From contig NC_090340.1 of the NCBI RefSeq assembly GCF_035084215.1, positions 14,818,001 to 14,882,000 of the forward strand: a DNA stretch of 64,000 nt, read 5' to 3'. Of the stretch, positions 38,717 to 51,790 are shown one piece after another. The notes beneath the pieces were generated by a model, which was given only the letters and a program-made list of their open reading frames with translations, was not told the origin of the DNA and ran no database searches. The DNA comes from Heptranchias perlo (taxonomy: Eukaryota). A program made the position numbers and the translations under genes. The first letter of the stretch is position 1. Every line of letters starts with the position of its first letter.

Positions 38717-41700
38717 AGAACATAATAAATAAGAGCAGGAGTAGGCCATATGGGCCCTCGAGCCTGCTCCACAGTCAATAAGTTCATGTCTGATCTTCTA
38801 CCTCAACTCCACTTCCCCGCCGATCCCTATGTCCCTTGATTCCCTTACTGTCCAAAACTCTATCTATCTCAGTTTTGAAAAACACAATCACTGAGCATCC
38901 ACGGCCCTCTGGGGTAGAATATTCCAAGGATTCACAACCCTCTGAGTGGCGAAATTCCTTCACATTTCAGTCCCAAATGGCCGACCACTTATCCTCAGAC
39001 TATGACCCCTGGTTCTCGACTGTCCTGCCAGGGGAAACAGCCTCTCAACATTTACCCTGTCAAGCCCTCTAAGAATTGTATATATTTCAATGAAATCACC
39101 TCTCATTCTTCTAAACTCCAGAGAATATAGGTCCATTCTACTCAATCTCTCCTCATAGGACAACCCTCTCATCCCAAGAATCAATCTAGTGAACCTTTGT
39201 TGAACCTCGTCGAAGGCAAGTATATCCTTCCTTAGGTAAGGAGATGAAAACGGTACACTGTATCCAGGTGTGGTCTCACCGAAGCCCTAAATAATTGCTG
39301 CAAGACTTCCTAAAATTTATACTCCATTCCCCTTGCAATAAAGGCTAATATACCATATGCCCTCCTAATTCCTTACTGTACCTACATGTTAACTTTCAGT
39401 GAATTGCTTCCAAATACACCGAAATCCCACTGAATACCAACATTTACTAGACTCTCAGCTCTTAAAAAATATATTGCTTTTCCATTCTTCCGAACAAAGT
39501 GGATAATTTCATATTTCCCCACATTATATTCCATCTGCCACCTTCTTCCCCAATCATTTAATCTGTCCATATCCCTCCTTCCTTCCTCTTCAGAACTTAC
39601 TTTCCCACCCAGCTTTAGATCGTCAGCAATTTTGGAGATGTTACACTCGGTCCACTCATCTAAGTCATTGATACAGTTTGTAAATAGCTGAAGCCCAAGC
39701 GCTGATCCTTGTGGCACCCCATTAGTTAAAACCTGCCAACCCGGAAATGACCCATTTATTCCTATTATGTTTTCTGTCCGTCAACTAATCATCAATTCAT
39801 GCTAATATGTTGCCCTCAATTCCATGAGTCCTAATCTTGTGCAACAAATACTTGTGTGGCACATTATCGAATGCCTTTTGAAAATCCAAATGTACTGCAT
39901 TCATTGGTTCCCTCTTATCTACCCTGCTAGTTACACCCTCAAAAAACTCTAATTGATTTGTCAAACACATTTTCCCTTTCATAAAACTGTTTTGACTCTG
40001 CCTAATCATATTATGATTTTCTAAGTGCCCTGTTACCACGGTCCTTAACAATAGCTTCTAGCATTTTCCATACCACTGATATCAGGCTAACTGGCCTATC
40101 GATCCCTGTTCTCTCTCTCCCTGCTTTCTTGAATAGCGGTGTTACATTTGCTACCTTCCAAACCAAGTTGTAGAATCTAGAGAATTTTGGAAGTTCAAAA
40201 CCAATGCATTCACTATCTCTGCAGCCACCTCTTTTAAAACTCTAAGATGTCGGCCAACAGGTCCATGGGGTTTGTTGGCTTTTAGTTCCATTAATTTCTC
40301 CAGTACTTTTTTTTATTCATATTACTTACGTTAAGTTCCTCACTCTCATTAGACCCTTGGTTCCCCACTATTTTGGATATGTTTTTTGTGTCTTCTACTG
40401 TCAAGACAGGTACAAAATATTTGTTTAACGTCTTTGCCATTTCCTTACTCCCCATTATAAATTCTCCTGTCTCTGCCTCTAAGGGGCTCACGTTTACTTT
40501 GGCTAATCTCTTCCTTTTTTTATACTTGTAGAGGCTCTTACAATCTGTTTTTATAGTTCTTGCTGGTTTACAGTCACATTCAATTTTCTCCCTTTTAATC
40601 ATTTTCTTGGTCATCCTTTGCTGATTTCCAAAACCTGCCAATCCTCAGGCTTACTACTCTTTTCGGCAACATTGTAAGCATCTTCCTTTAATCTAATACG
40701 ATCCTAACTTCTCGAGAGCCCCTCCTCCGCCGCCCAGCTGGATGGGACTGCGCTCGTCTGGCTCCATTCTTATCTATCCAGTCATAGCCAGTGAATCACC
40801 TGCAATGGCTTCTCCTTCCACACCCACACCGTTACCTGTGGCGTCCCCGAAGGATCTATTCTTGCCCCCCTCCTATTTCTCATCTACATGCTGCCCTGGG
40901 TGACACCATCCAAAAGCACAACATCAGATTCCACATTTACACTGACGACACCCAGTTCTATCTCATAACCACCTCCCTCGACCCCTCTCCTGTCTCATGT
41001 TTGTCACATTACTTATCCAACATCCAGTACGGGATGAGCAATAGTTTCCTCCAACAAAATATTGGGAAGACCGAAACCATTGTCTTTGATCCCCGCTGCA
41101 AACTCCGTTCCCTAGCCAACAACTCCATCCCTCTCCCTGGCCACTGTCTGAGACTGAACCAGACCATTTTGAAACTTGACGTCCCATTTGACACAGAGAT
41201 GACCTCCTAACCAACTACTTGGTGCCGATTTCCAACTCCGTAATATCACACGTCTCTGCCCCTGCCTCAGCTCACCTGTGCCTGAAACCCTCATCTATGC
41301 CTTTATTATCTCCAGACTGGACTATTCCAAAGGTCTCCTGGCTGGCCTCCCAATTTCCATCCTCCAGAAACTTGAGCTCATCCAAAACTCTGCTGCCTTA
41401 TCCTAACTCGCGCCAAGTCCCGTTCTCCCATCATCCCCGTGCTCATGGACCTACATTAGCTCACAGTCTGGGAATGCCTCAATTTTAAAATTCTCATCCT
41501 TGTTTTCAAATCCCTCCATGGCCTTGCCCCTGCCTATCTGTGGAACCTCCTCCAGGCCTACAACCCTCTGAGATCTCTGCACTCTAATTATTACCTCTTG
41601 CGCATCCCCGATGTAATTGCTCCACCATTGGCGACCGTGACTTCAGCTGTCTAGGCCCTAAGCTCTGGAATTCCCTCCTTAAACATCTCAATTTCTCTGT

Positions 41701-42020
41701 CTCTCTCCTTCTTTAAGTTGCTCCTTTAAACCTACCTCTTTGACCAATCTTTTGGTCATCTGTCCTAATGTGGCTTGGGATAAAAATGTTGATTGATAAC
41801 GCACCTGGGAAGCGCATGGGATGTTTTACTACGTTAAAGGCAATTTATAAATGGAAGTTGTTGTTTCTTGTTTTTGTTATTGTTGTTGTAGTTAGCCACG
41901 GTTGGATCATTTTCCCCGTGGAGCTTTTATTCCTCAAGGGAATATATATTCGTTGAGGATTATGAATTATTTCTTCAAATGTTCACCATTGCTTATCTAC
42001 CATCATATCTTTAATCTAAT
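38717..42020 (-). mobile_element. CR1 LINE family B copy interrupted by an L2 insertion
   Basis: RT motifs at 39382-40641. The sequence resumes at ~41889 (tagttagccacgg), collinear with the 21890-24075 copy. Confidence 0.9.
40712..41888 (+). mobile_element. L2-clade LINE RT/3' fragment with (GTT)n-like tail
   Basis: LGDTIQKHNIRFHIYTDDTQFY, LQQNIGKTE and ISRLDYS motifs, tail gttgttgtt. Confidence 0.85.
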
Positions 42021-42099
42021 TACCACCAGTGTTTTCTGCCCCTTTTTATTTCTTAGTTCCAGCCATACTGAGTTCCCAAACGTCATCACCCTGCAACCA

Positions 42100-43858
42100 G
42101 GGGCCCGATGTTAGCAGGGCTGCGGTTCTCGGCGGGGGGGGGGGGGGGCTATGAAATTAGTCAGTTTCCCGCGAGATCGTAGCAGACAATTCACTAATTG
42201 GATCCACTGACCTGCTCCTCCGGATTCCCCACTGCTGATCTGCGCGTCGGGCGGGCTGCGCATGCGCAGTAAGATCTGTCAGCTGGAGGCGCTCTAGTTA
42301 AAGGGGCAGTCCTCCACTGATGCTGCAACAAACAGAAAAAATTACAGCATGGAGCAGCCCAGGGGGAAGGCTGCTCCCACTTTAATGATGCCTCACTCCA
42401 GTTATCAATACATGGGGTGAGGAGGAGGGGGGAGGACAGAGATCTTCCTCCCGGCGGGCGGGAGGAAGTGGCCTGCCTTTGCCACCAGGAAGGCCCGGCT
42501 CTAGGTGGCAGAGGAGGTCACCAGCACCACCAACATATCGCCCATCTGCATAAAGTGCAGGAGGCACTCCAATGACCTCAGTAGGTCAGCCAAAGTGAGT
42601 ACACGTTGTCTTTCCCCTACACTCCGTCTGCCACATCACTGCCCCCACCCCACATCTCCTTCGGCACTGCCAACACTACTCTGTCACATCACCCCTCATA
42701 CCCACTCAAACCTCATCCTCATCTTACCTGCACCTACTCACCTCGCCAGTATTCACCCCGCCACTACCACTCAACCCAATCCTCATACAATCTCATGGCT
42801 CTATCTCATACTCACCCTCTCGTGCATCTCTTTCACGGCCAGCCTCACTCAACCTGCCACTACCTGTGCTGCAGCCACAGGGCATGCATCACATATGTGC
42901 AGTAGGCAGCGTAAGGCAAATGTGTCGTGAGCATGAAGGGGATGCACAAGGGTGTTTGAGGGTTTGTCATGGGTGTTGCTTATATTGAATTTCTGAACAA
43001 CTCACATTACATATTATATTGGCACCACTACTGCCACGTCTTCGCGAATCCTGTCTGGTTTGTGCAATAATGCTCGCTCCTGAGGATCACTATGAGGAGC
43101 CACAACTGATGCCACCCATTGTGTCACTGCAGAGTGGGTGTAGGTGTATTTGCAGGGCTCTTCTGTGCAGACGACTGGGAGACATCGGCGATGTCCCCGG
43201 TGGCACCCTGGAAGGATGCGGAGCAGAAGTTGATGAGGGCAGTGGTGACTTTGACAGCGACAGGTAAGAAGGTGGTGCTCAGGCCAGCCAGGAGCAGCTC
43301 GGCATGAAAGCGGCTGCAGATGTCCACGGCTACATGTCGAGTGACTCTGAGCCTCCGTGTGCACTGCTGCTCAGAGAAGTCCAGGAGGCTGAGCCTCGGT
43401 CTGTGGACCCCGTGGCGAGGGTAGTGCCCTCTGCGACGCATCTCTCTCTGCCGTAGCCCTCCCTCCTGCTGTGCAGGTGAATGTGTCACAGCACTCTGTT
43501 GTGGAGCTCCACGTGTCAGAGGTGGACGGCGTGGATGGCGAGGCTGGTGAGGCTGGTGATGCTGTTTGCCCTCCGAGGAGGTCATGACTGCAGCTACGGC
43601 GGCCCCACTCCGCAAGATGTACATCTGAGGGGGTCCGCAAGGTAGGTACATGTCTCTGGACCCCGGGTTAAGTGTGCAAGTTGGTGACTTTGACCGTCAG
43701 GAGGAGGGTGGTGGAGGCCAAACTTTGTCCCAAGTGACAGAGTGGCCTCCTGCAATGGGTGAGGGTCTTCCCCCCCACCACCTGTCAAATGGACCTTTGC
43801 AGCTGCCACTGGCTGACAGCTGCAACACGTCCATTTGAACTGGGAGTGTTTCCCAATC
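42100..43858. mobile_element. PIF/Harbinger DNA transposon derivative: Myb/SANT ORF (+) and transposase N-terminus (-)
   Basis: Minus strand SEQQCTRRLRVTR..LPVAVKVTTAL..ASFQGATGD..VSQSSA (HARBI1-type N-terminus). Plus strand from 42349 MEQPRGKAAP..VAEEVTS..KCRRHSNDLSRSAK (Myb/SANT-like). GC-rich. Confidence 0.85.
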
Positions 43859-43859
43859 T

Positions 43860-44300
43860 GCATCGGAATGTCCTTCCCACCACCCCATTGTTTGTCATCT
43901 GCAAATTTTAATGTTGCTCCCTCAACTCCCCAATCAAGATAATTAATCTTTATAATAAATAAAAGCAGCCCACCAGAGACCCCGGGGAACCTCTCTCGGC
44001 ATATCTTTCCACTCCGAGAAACGTTCTTTCACCCTTATATGTTGTTTTCTGTCCTCCAATCATCTCTCTATCCCCGTGGCTACTTTGTCCTCACTTTCAC
44101 GTGCCTTTGTCGTATGTGGTATCTTTTCAAATACGTTTTGAAAATCCATTCAAACTGCATCTGCGGCATTCTCTTTCTCTGTTTTCTTTGTTAGTTCTTC
44201 AATTCATTCTTAAATCAAGCGGGATCTGCTATTTCTAAATTCGTGATTGCTGGACATGATTAGTTCAGGTTTCTACAAGTATTTCTCAATGTTATGGCGA
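43860..44300 (-). mobile_element. Old CR1 RT fragment
   Basis: gtcatctgcaaattt (KFADD) and ttttgaaaatccat (MDFQ) on the minus strand. Confidence 0.6.
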
Positions 44301-46759
44301 TTGTCGCAGGCCCTGCAAATCGCAAGTAAATGTGCAACTGTTTACCTGTCATTATGTTGCAGGTTGCTTCGCATTGTCTTTCCTCACCTGATGACAATTC
44401 GTTGGCTTCGAGGAAGAGATTAAGTCAACGTGTTGTTGATTATTTTCAAATCTAGTCAACCGAAAGTGACACATTTATGTGCAGTGGTACAAAATTAACA
44501 TTTGGACATTCTATCAGTCCTGTGTTCTGAGAAAATGTAAGTTATCAAAGGCGGTGTTGACTCGTCTGGATTTAGCTACACGAAATGATTTGCTAAATAT
44601 CGACACTAGCGAATCGTTTTCTCGAGCTAAAATGAAGCGCGTGTTATTTATTCGCCCCATCAGTGTAACCATTATTACATTGCACATTCACCTTGCTCCT
44701 ATCACAGTGTTTTGCGCCTTAAGACTGAAGGTTGGAGGTGATAAAGGAGCAGATTCTACAAATAATTTCTAATGCGGCATCTTGCACTCCCGCTCCAACC
44801 ACATCAGAGGCAAGAAATCTGCATTCGGGATATCAAAGGAGAGGCAAATCCATACGGAATTTCTGCTCCTAGACCGCCGGGAATCAGTAGTTCTGGTTCG
44901 TAACAAGGGGTGACGAGAAGACTGAATAGTCTGTGGAGGAGTATTTCGCTTTAAAGCATTGAAGGATTATAAGACAAATTAGTCATGAATATCTGTCATG
45001 AATATCTGTGTTAGAAGTATCGGGACCGGTGGAATTGATACACGTTTTGAGAAAGTAAATATTAGTGTGGGATTATAAAAATAAATGATTGGACAGTGAC
45101 TATTTTTAGCGTAAGGGAACTCAATATTAATTATTCCCCATTTACATCCAGTTTCATCACACGATCACAGCTTGCAGTTAATGAACAGTTCAGATCATTT
45201 AAATGCTTTTTTATGAATTATAATGACATTTCATAATGGATATATCCAGTATAATTGTGAATACATAATAGGGACGTTAAAGGGAGATTACGGTGTGTAA
45301 TGTAATAAAAACCGATACTCATTTTATTTCCATCTTTTTATCTAGAAAAAACAAAACAAAAAATAGACAGTTACCTAGTAATGTTACAAATGTGCTTCAG
45401 TCATCTGATTTCGAGTTTGTCTCGTGTTTTTCATAACTCTTTCCAACCTTGATGGTGAGCTACACCATGATCCTTGGAACTTCGTTTGTCGTATGTGACA
45501 ACAACCGTTCACCCATGTACTCAAGATTTCGACTGAGTTTACTCAGCACTGACAGAAACATGAGAGTTGGTAAATTGAAGAATGTAACGGAGTCCAAAGT
45601 CCACAACATCATTTGAGCTACTTGATGCTAAAGTTGAACCTTCATTGCCTTAGTGAATGATTCTGCGGTAATGGTTAAATTGTATGGTTTGAATTTATTT
45701 ATGGAAATACAAATTTACAATAAAAAGCTGCACATTGTGGCAAAGCGTAGCATAGACTATAGGGATCAGCTTGTGTGAACAGGTCATACAAGGGAGACTC
45801 AAATACCCATGACAGTGGCCACACTTGATATTTAACAAACTGACGATTTTAATGACCAGCGCAACTTAAAGCCCTAACCATTTGCAAAGTGAAATGCCAG
45901 CCCACGCTATCGCTGTGTCACACTTGTATCAGGTTTGCTTAAATTAGGTTTTCATTAAAAACGCAACAAATTAAAACTGAAAATGTACAGAACGCCCAAG
46001 TCAAATAGGAGGAAGGTGGATAGAAACAACACCGATCATGAATTCCTAAGAACATATTGAAGTACCAAACCATGACTAGTGAGTACAATCTACAAACAAA
46101 ATAAAGAGAAACCAACGAAATTGTTCCACTTTTTGAAAATCTTTTGCTTTTTGTTCCACCACTAAGATGAGGGCTTACTGCTGGCAAAATATCGGGGTTA
46201 CAAAATTTAGAAGAATATATTCAAACCTATTGACACAATAACATTTTCTGTGTTTTCAACAGATTCTGAGAGAATTTTCGGTTGGAAGCTTGCATCTCTC
46301 TGAAAAGCCTGAGTCTACAGTGTAAGGGCTTTCCAGAGATGTCAATCTGTCGGTTTACAAGGCAGGAGAGTACAATTCCGACCATGCACTGCTGTGACTG
46401 ATTTTAACAGCCTGTATAGAGAATTGCGAGCATGCACTTGCAGCTTCTTCCTTTCTGAATCCAATGAACACGATCATTGTCAGAACATGCCATGACTTGT
46501 GATTCGTAAACACATCCTTTGTCCCTGTGCAGCAACGAAAGAGGCATTGCTGCGGAATGATAGAAGGTAAAGAAGCATTGATTTTCCTCATCGAATACTT
46601 TAAAGGTAACAGCATTTTTTTTTGCATGGAACAATAAAGCAATGTAAAACAGGAACTTTTGAAAACTTTCTTAAAGAGCTATATTCAACCGGTTAGTGAT
46701 TTATTTAACAAAAGATATTACATGCCATTCCGTTCAATGGCCATGTGCACCTCTTTGAC

Positions 46760-47020
46760 ATAGTACCATAGTAGGTACAGCACAGAAGGAGGCCGTTCGG
46801 CCCATCGTGCCTGTGCCGACTCTTTGAGAGAGCTATCCAATTGGTCCCATTCCCCTGCTCTTTCTCCATAGCCCTGTAAATATTTTCCCCTTCAAGGAAT
46901 TACCAATTCATTTTTGAAAGTTCCTATTGAATCCACTTCCATCACCCTTTCAGGTTGTGCATTGCAGATCATTACAACTCGCTTCCTCGCCCCTGGCTCT
47001 TTTGCCGATCATCTTAAATG
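46760..47020 (-). mobile_element. CR1 3' end fragment
   Basis: Homologous to 12083-12370. Confidence 0.8.
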
Positions 47021-47619
47021 GAAACTTAATTGCAGAGATTACCTTCATCCTAACAGTCTACATCCGAAATAGGTGTGACCAGTTCCTTCTGAGGAAGTGT
47101 CACAGAGCCAAATTGCCCAATTTGGAAATCTCACTGAGAGTAACCATGTGATAGTTAGCATGGGGCTGAAAAAAGTCGTGTTGGTACAATTGCCAGCGTT
47201 CTGGTCAGGTTGGGGCTGAGGCTTATCCTTAGCTCCATGCATGCCTTGCTTTTGGATGGAGCTGACACCATAAAATGTCCCCTGTATAATCTGCAACAAA
47301 ATTGCAAACCTATTCGTTGTAAACGGGTTCGGAATTTTGTTATATATAGCACATAGTGGAGAACGACATGAGTCTATCAGGAAATAGTTCCATTCCCCAG
47401 CCCTCACACCCTTCGCCTCGATTAGTGCAGAATTCACCCCAAGAGATTTCAAAAAGGAGGAAAATTGAATTTGAAATTCAGTTATACTAAAATCAGAAAT
47501 ATTCAAAATCAGATTACCCTTCGGTTGTGCACTTCAGCTGTTGAATAAAATTGTACAGAAAAAATGTTGATACAAATGAATCGTTTAGTGCAGTGTAGAT
47601 ATTGACAGTGGCGTCATAT

Positions 47620-48030
47620 GTTAAATAGCTCAACGCAAGCTCGAAGAACAGCACTTCATCTTTCCATTAGGCACTTAACAGCCTTCCGGCCTTAATATTC
47701 AGTTCAACAACTTTAGATCATAACCACCGCTCCCATTTGATCGGACGACATGTCCTGGTTATGTTTCTTCTGTTAGCATTTACACTTCCTCTCGACAAAT
47801 CTTTGTTTCTTCAACTTTGTTTCTTTACTTGTCGCATTACAACCACCTTTTTCCTTTCACCATCACCCTTTTTGTCATTTAATCACTGCTGCCCGACATT
47901 CTATCACAGACCTTCTCCTTTGTCCTTATCTCATTCCACCCCCCTTTTTCCTGGCTATTTATTGACTTATAAATTGTTAAATCTCTAACTTCTTCCAGTT
48001 CTGATGAAAGGTCATCGTCCTGAAACCAAT
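47620..48030 (+). mobile_element. Penelope-like 3' fragment
   Basis: Homologous to ~3280-3660. Confidence 0.7.
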
Positions 48031-50389
48031 GTGCACACAGCATGGTCGCACAAACAACAAGTTAATTGAATGACCAGCGTATTCACGGATAAATTGGGAT
48101 GGATTACTGACGAGGACACTGGGAGAACTAAGCGCTGTTTTTCAAAAATGCCGTGGGATCTTCTACATCTACCTAAACAGGCAGATTGATCCTTATTTGG
48201 GTCCTTAGATAATCTTAAAAGCAATGCACATAATATTAAAGACAATAATCTCAAATGATGCTGAATTCTTTATATTATATCGGTGCGCACTTCCTGTTAA
48301 CTTTTTCCATTAGAAATGCCGACGTCGGAATTTCTAATGGAAATTGGTTCTATGCGTATGTGAAGCTGTAATTATGCCCTCCCGCAATAGAAGCATTGCA
48401 CTGGCACGAGGGCGTAATTGCAGCCCAACGGTTATAACATGGGAAATTTCCATTATAAAAATGAATATCGGAATTGATGGGACAGAGTGTATATGATTTA
48501 AAATGGATATCGAGTTGCGTCTGTATGCACTGGACCAAATAACACCCATCGTCTAACCTGATGACGGCACGCCACTTTGATTCTCCTTGTGCAACACGAT
48601 GGGCGATTGAATCTATTTTATAAACTTTACCTTAACATTAAAAAACGGCTGATGCGGACTAACATGATACAAGCAGAGCCAATGATTTATGATGAGATGA
48701 GCTGCAGGAAGACAGTTAGCCTTCATGATCCGGATTACATCCTTTTGTAGAATATTTCAACACCTCCTGTTGCTGGTCATTATTTATCCTTTTTATAAAA
48801 AAGGACGAGGGCGGGAGCTCAAGTGACATTAAAAGTAATAAAAAATGACAATTTTCCTCTTCTTGTAGTTGGGCATAAAGGATTGTTTCTCCTATTGCCA
48901 TGCAATTTCTCCTGCCCGATATTCCCAACGTCCCAGGACCTCCCAGAATGCTCCTAGAAGCTAACCCTCCAGTGAATCCAGTACCTTGCGTCTTCCCTCC
49001 CACTCCTCCCGACCATTGGGCCCAAGATTTCCCTCCCCCATCCCAAAATATACTGCCAAAAGCTGAGACACCATGCAATTACTCCAGACCCTGATCCCCT
49101 TCCCAGTGCGCCGTGATCCTATGATTGGCCCGAATTCTGATAAGCCAGTTGTCCCTAACGATAGAACTTGGCAAAATAGCGTGTTCTTTACAACCTCTGA
49201 CTCATTGTGAGCAACGCCACGAGAGATCAACTAATTATATATTAAAACATCTAACAGCTTTGTACTGTTCATGTCACCTTCATCCATTATAAATTGTTAA
49301 CTCCACATGATTAATAGAAGCAGCCAAAATAATCTTGTCACGCGATAGGTACACCATGTGACTACTGAAGGCACTAGTGCGCCATTACTAGCAGGACGGT
49401 GTAATTAGAGCTTGAGAAGTTTACCGTGGCAGTTTACATTACAAGTGTGGCTATAAGAATTTGTATTGAAAACGCAGAAAAATTGCTTCTGAATGTCTGA
49501 CGTTAAAAAGTGACCGGATTATATCTGCACGTCCTGACCCAATTAAAATCTGCCCACTAAAATCATTTTAATTGAAGACAACACATGGTCTTGACAGTCT
49601 GCAAAACCACGGGCAATTAATTAGTAATATGTTAACAATCTTACCTAAGCACGCACTTCAATTATAACTTCCCCAGTTCACTTTTATAATGCGAAGTACC
49701 TAAATAAAGTTGTCACATTGTACTGACACGCTGCCACTAGCACTGAACTGCCTCAGCTTTATACCTCGCTGCTCCTCAGCCTGTACTTCAGGGAAGCTCC
49801 TATGCTCTGACTGATCTGCTTCCTAGATGGTCATAATTTTGCGATTTAACTATAAATAATTATGTAAAACAAAAGTAAATGAAAATAAGGACAGGATTTA
49901 TGATTTCAATATGGAGAATGAATTAATTCTGCGTCCTCCGGGCCAATTATTTCTCAACCCTCAAACGCTCCATCACAGAAACACCACCTTTGGTCCCGGA
50001 TCCCGGCATTTAACGACACGACCGAGGTGCCGAGTATTGTTACTGAGTCCACTTTCAACACTCCCGGACCGCAGCCGACCTGCTAGCACTACAACGTTTC
50101 TTCACTCGTTCAATTCATTTCCTCTATTGCTATTTTTAATTCTTCTGCTGCGTTGGCCGAATCTGGGTTCGCTTGGTGTGGGTCGTAATTTGAAGGATTG
50201 AGCTCTGCGAAGTTTAAATTCTTCATTTGGATTTGACGATAAAGGACTGGACTTCAGGCATTGGGATCAGGCTGCAAATGATTTGGGGTATAATAGCCAG
50301 TTTGCAAAAGTGACCTCCCCACTTAGCCCAGCGGTCCACCCTTTCGGCCCTCCTTGTTTCCTCCTCAAAAAAAATAGGCACACTCGACC

Positions 50390-51790
50390 TTCCCTTAACA
50401 AATCCAAGCTGACTGTCCTTAATTAATCCGTATCTTTCTAAATGACGATTAATACTGTCTATAGAATTCTTTACAATAATTTACCCACCTCCGAGGTTAG
50501 GTTGCATCAAGTGTTTTCGAATCGTAGAATGTTATAGCATAGAAACAGCCCATTCGGCACATAGAGTCTGCACCATTGTTTATCTCCACGTGAAATACTT
50601 GGTTAATTCCACTCTCCTGTTCGGTCTCCACAACCTTCAATATTCCTCTTTTTTCACGCAACTACTTCCCCTTGAAAAGGATTTCTGCTTCAGAAAAGGA
50701 ATGCGGCATAAAACTCCACATTCTAACCATGATCATTGTAAAGAGTATTTTGCATATGCCTTTGCATTTTTTGCGGTTATTTTACATTTGTGCCCTCTTG
50801 TTGCCGTGTCCCGGCCAGTGATAACGATTTATCGCTATTACTTTATTATATCCTTCACAATCTACAAAACCTCTACATGCTCATCCCTTAATTTTGTCAG
50901 CTCCATTGATGAAAGCCCCAGCTTCACACATCTCTCCATAACATTATTCCACATTTTTTAGTAACATAATAGCCTATCGATGCTGCATGCCTTCCAATGT
51001 TTCCCAATCCTTATTGCAAAGGGATGCTCAAACCTCTACACAACACTCCAATTGTAGTCTAACAAAATTCACGTACATTACCTCAGGCTTTTCTATTTTA
51101 TTCCTCTCGAGAGGAACTCAAAAGAGACTCTTCGGCTTTTTATGACTTCATCTCCGAGCGCTGCCACTGTTAATGTCTTGTGTATCTGCACACCAAGGTC
51201 ACTCTGCTCCTCTGCACCATTTCAAATCCAACTATTAAATGAGTGTTTTGTTTCTCTGTTTTTATCTGCAAGAATGTATTACTTCAAATTTCTCTGCTTT
51301 CTACATCTGCTATCTAACTGTCTATCCACCGACGTCTATCGATGTCCCCCTTCATGAATTCACACGCTCCATCCTAATTCTCCATCGTCCCCTTCCCATT
51401 AGGTGTCATCTTTATGTGTTTAGCGAATAAAAGCAGCATCAACTCCGTTGTCTGGGAAGTATCAGTCATCAAATATTTCCATTTCAAGAAGCTGCATTTT
51501 ACTCTTATACTTTGTTCGCTACCTTCCAATCATCTCTCTAACCTTGTGGTCACATTCCTCTTACTTACTTTGCTGAGCGTTTCTTATCTGACTCCTTATC
51601 AAACGTGCTTCTAAAGTCCATATGAAACACATTCACAGCCTTTTCTTTGCATTTTCCCTCTGTTATTTCTTCAAAGAATTCTCTAAAGGAAACCAATTAC
51701 GATCTGCTATTTAGAAATCGGTGCTGGCTGGCCTTGATGAGCTCTTGTTTCTACAAGTGCCTGGCAGTTTTATCCAGATTGACACAGCGC
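50390..51790 (-). mobile_element. Old CR1 fragments
   Basis: Degenerate RT and 3' end similarity to the other CR1 copies. Confidence 0.6.

Larger units (their letters stand above)
45375..49849 (-). pseudogene. Possible decayed IgSF gene (V-like, C1-like, TM-like and tail-like exon relics)
   Basis: Splice-site-bounded blocks at 49645-49849, 47043-47290 (CTNTTFFSPMLTITW has C1 C/F/W spacing), 46089-~45950 (YVLRNS*SVLFLSTFLLFDLGVLYIF) and 45375-45548. Motif similarity is weak. Confidence 0.22.

Noticed and set aside
46321-46550. RVHWIQKG resembling gene A RVHWWKQG
   Set aside because: Single short match without correctly spaced cysteines.
48900-49094. Proline-rich 64-aa ORF
   Set aside because: No recognisable domain, and the nearby acceptor does not lead into this frame without a stop.
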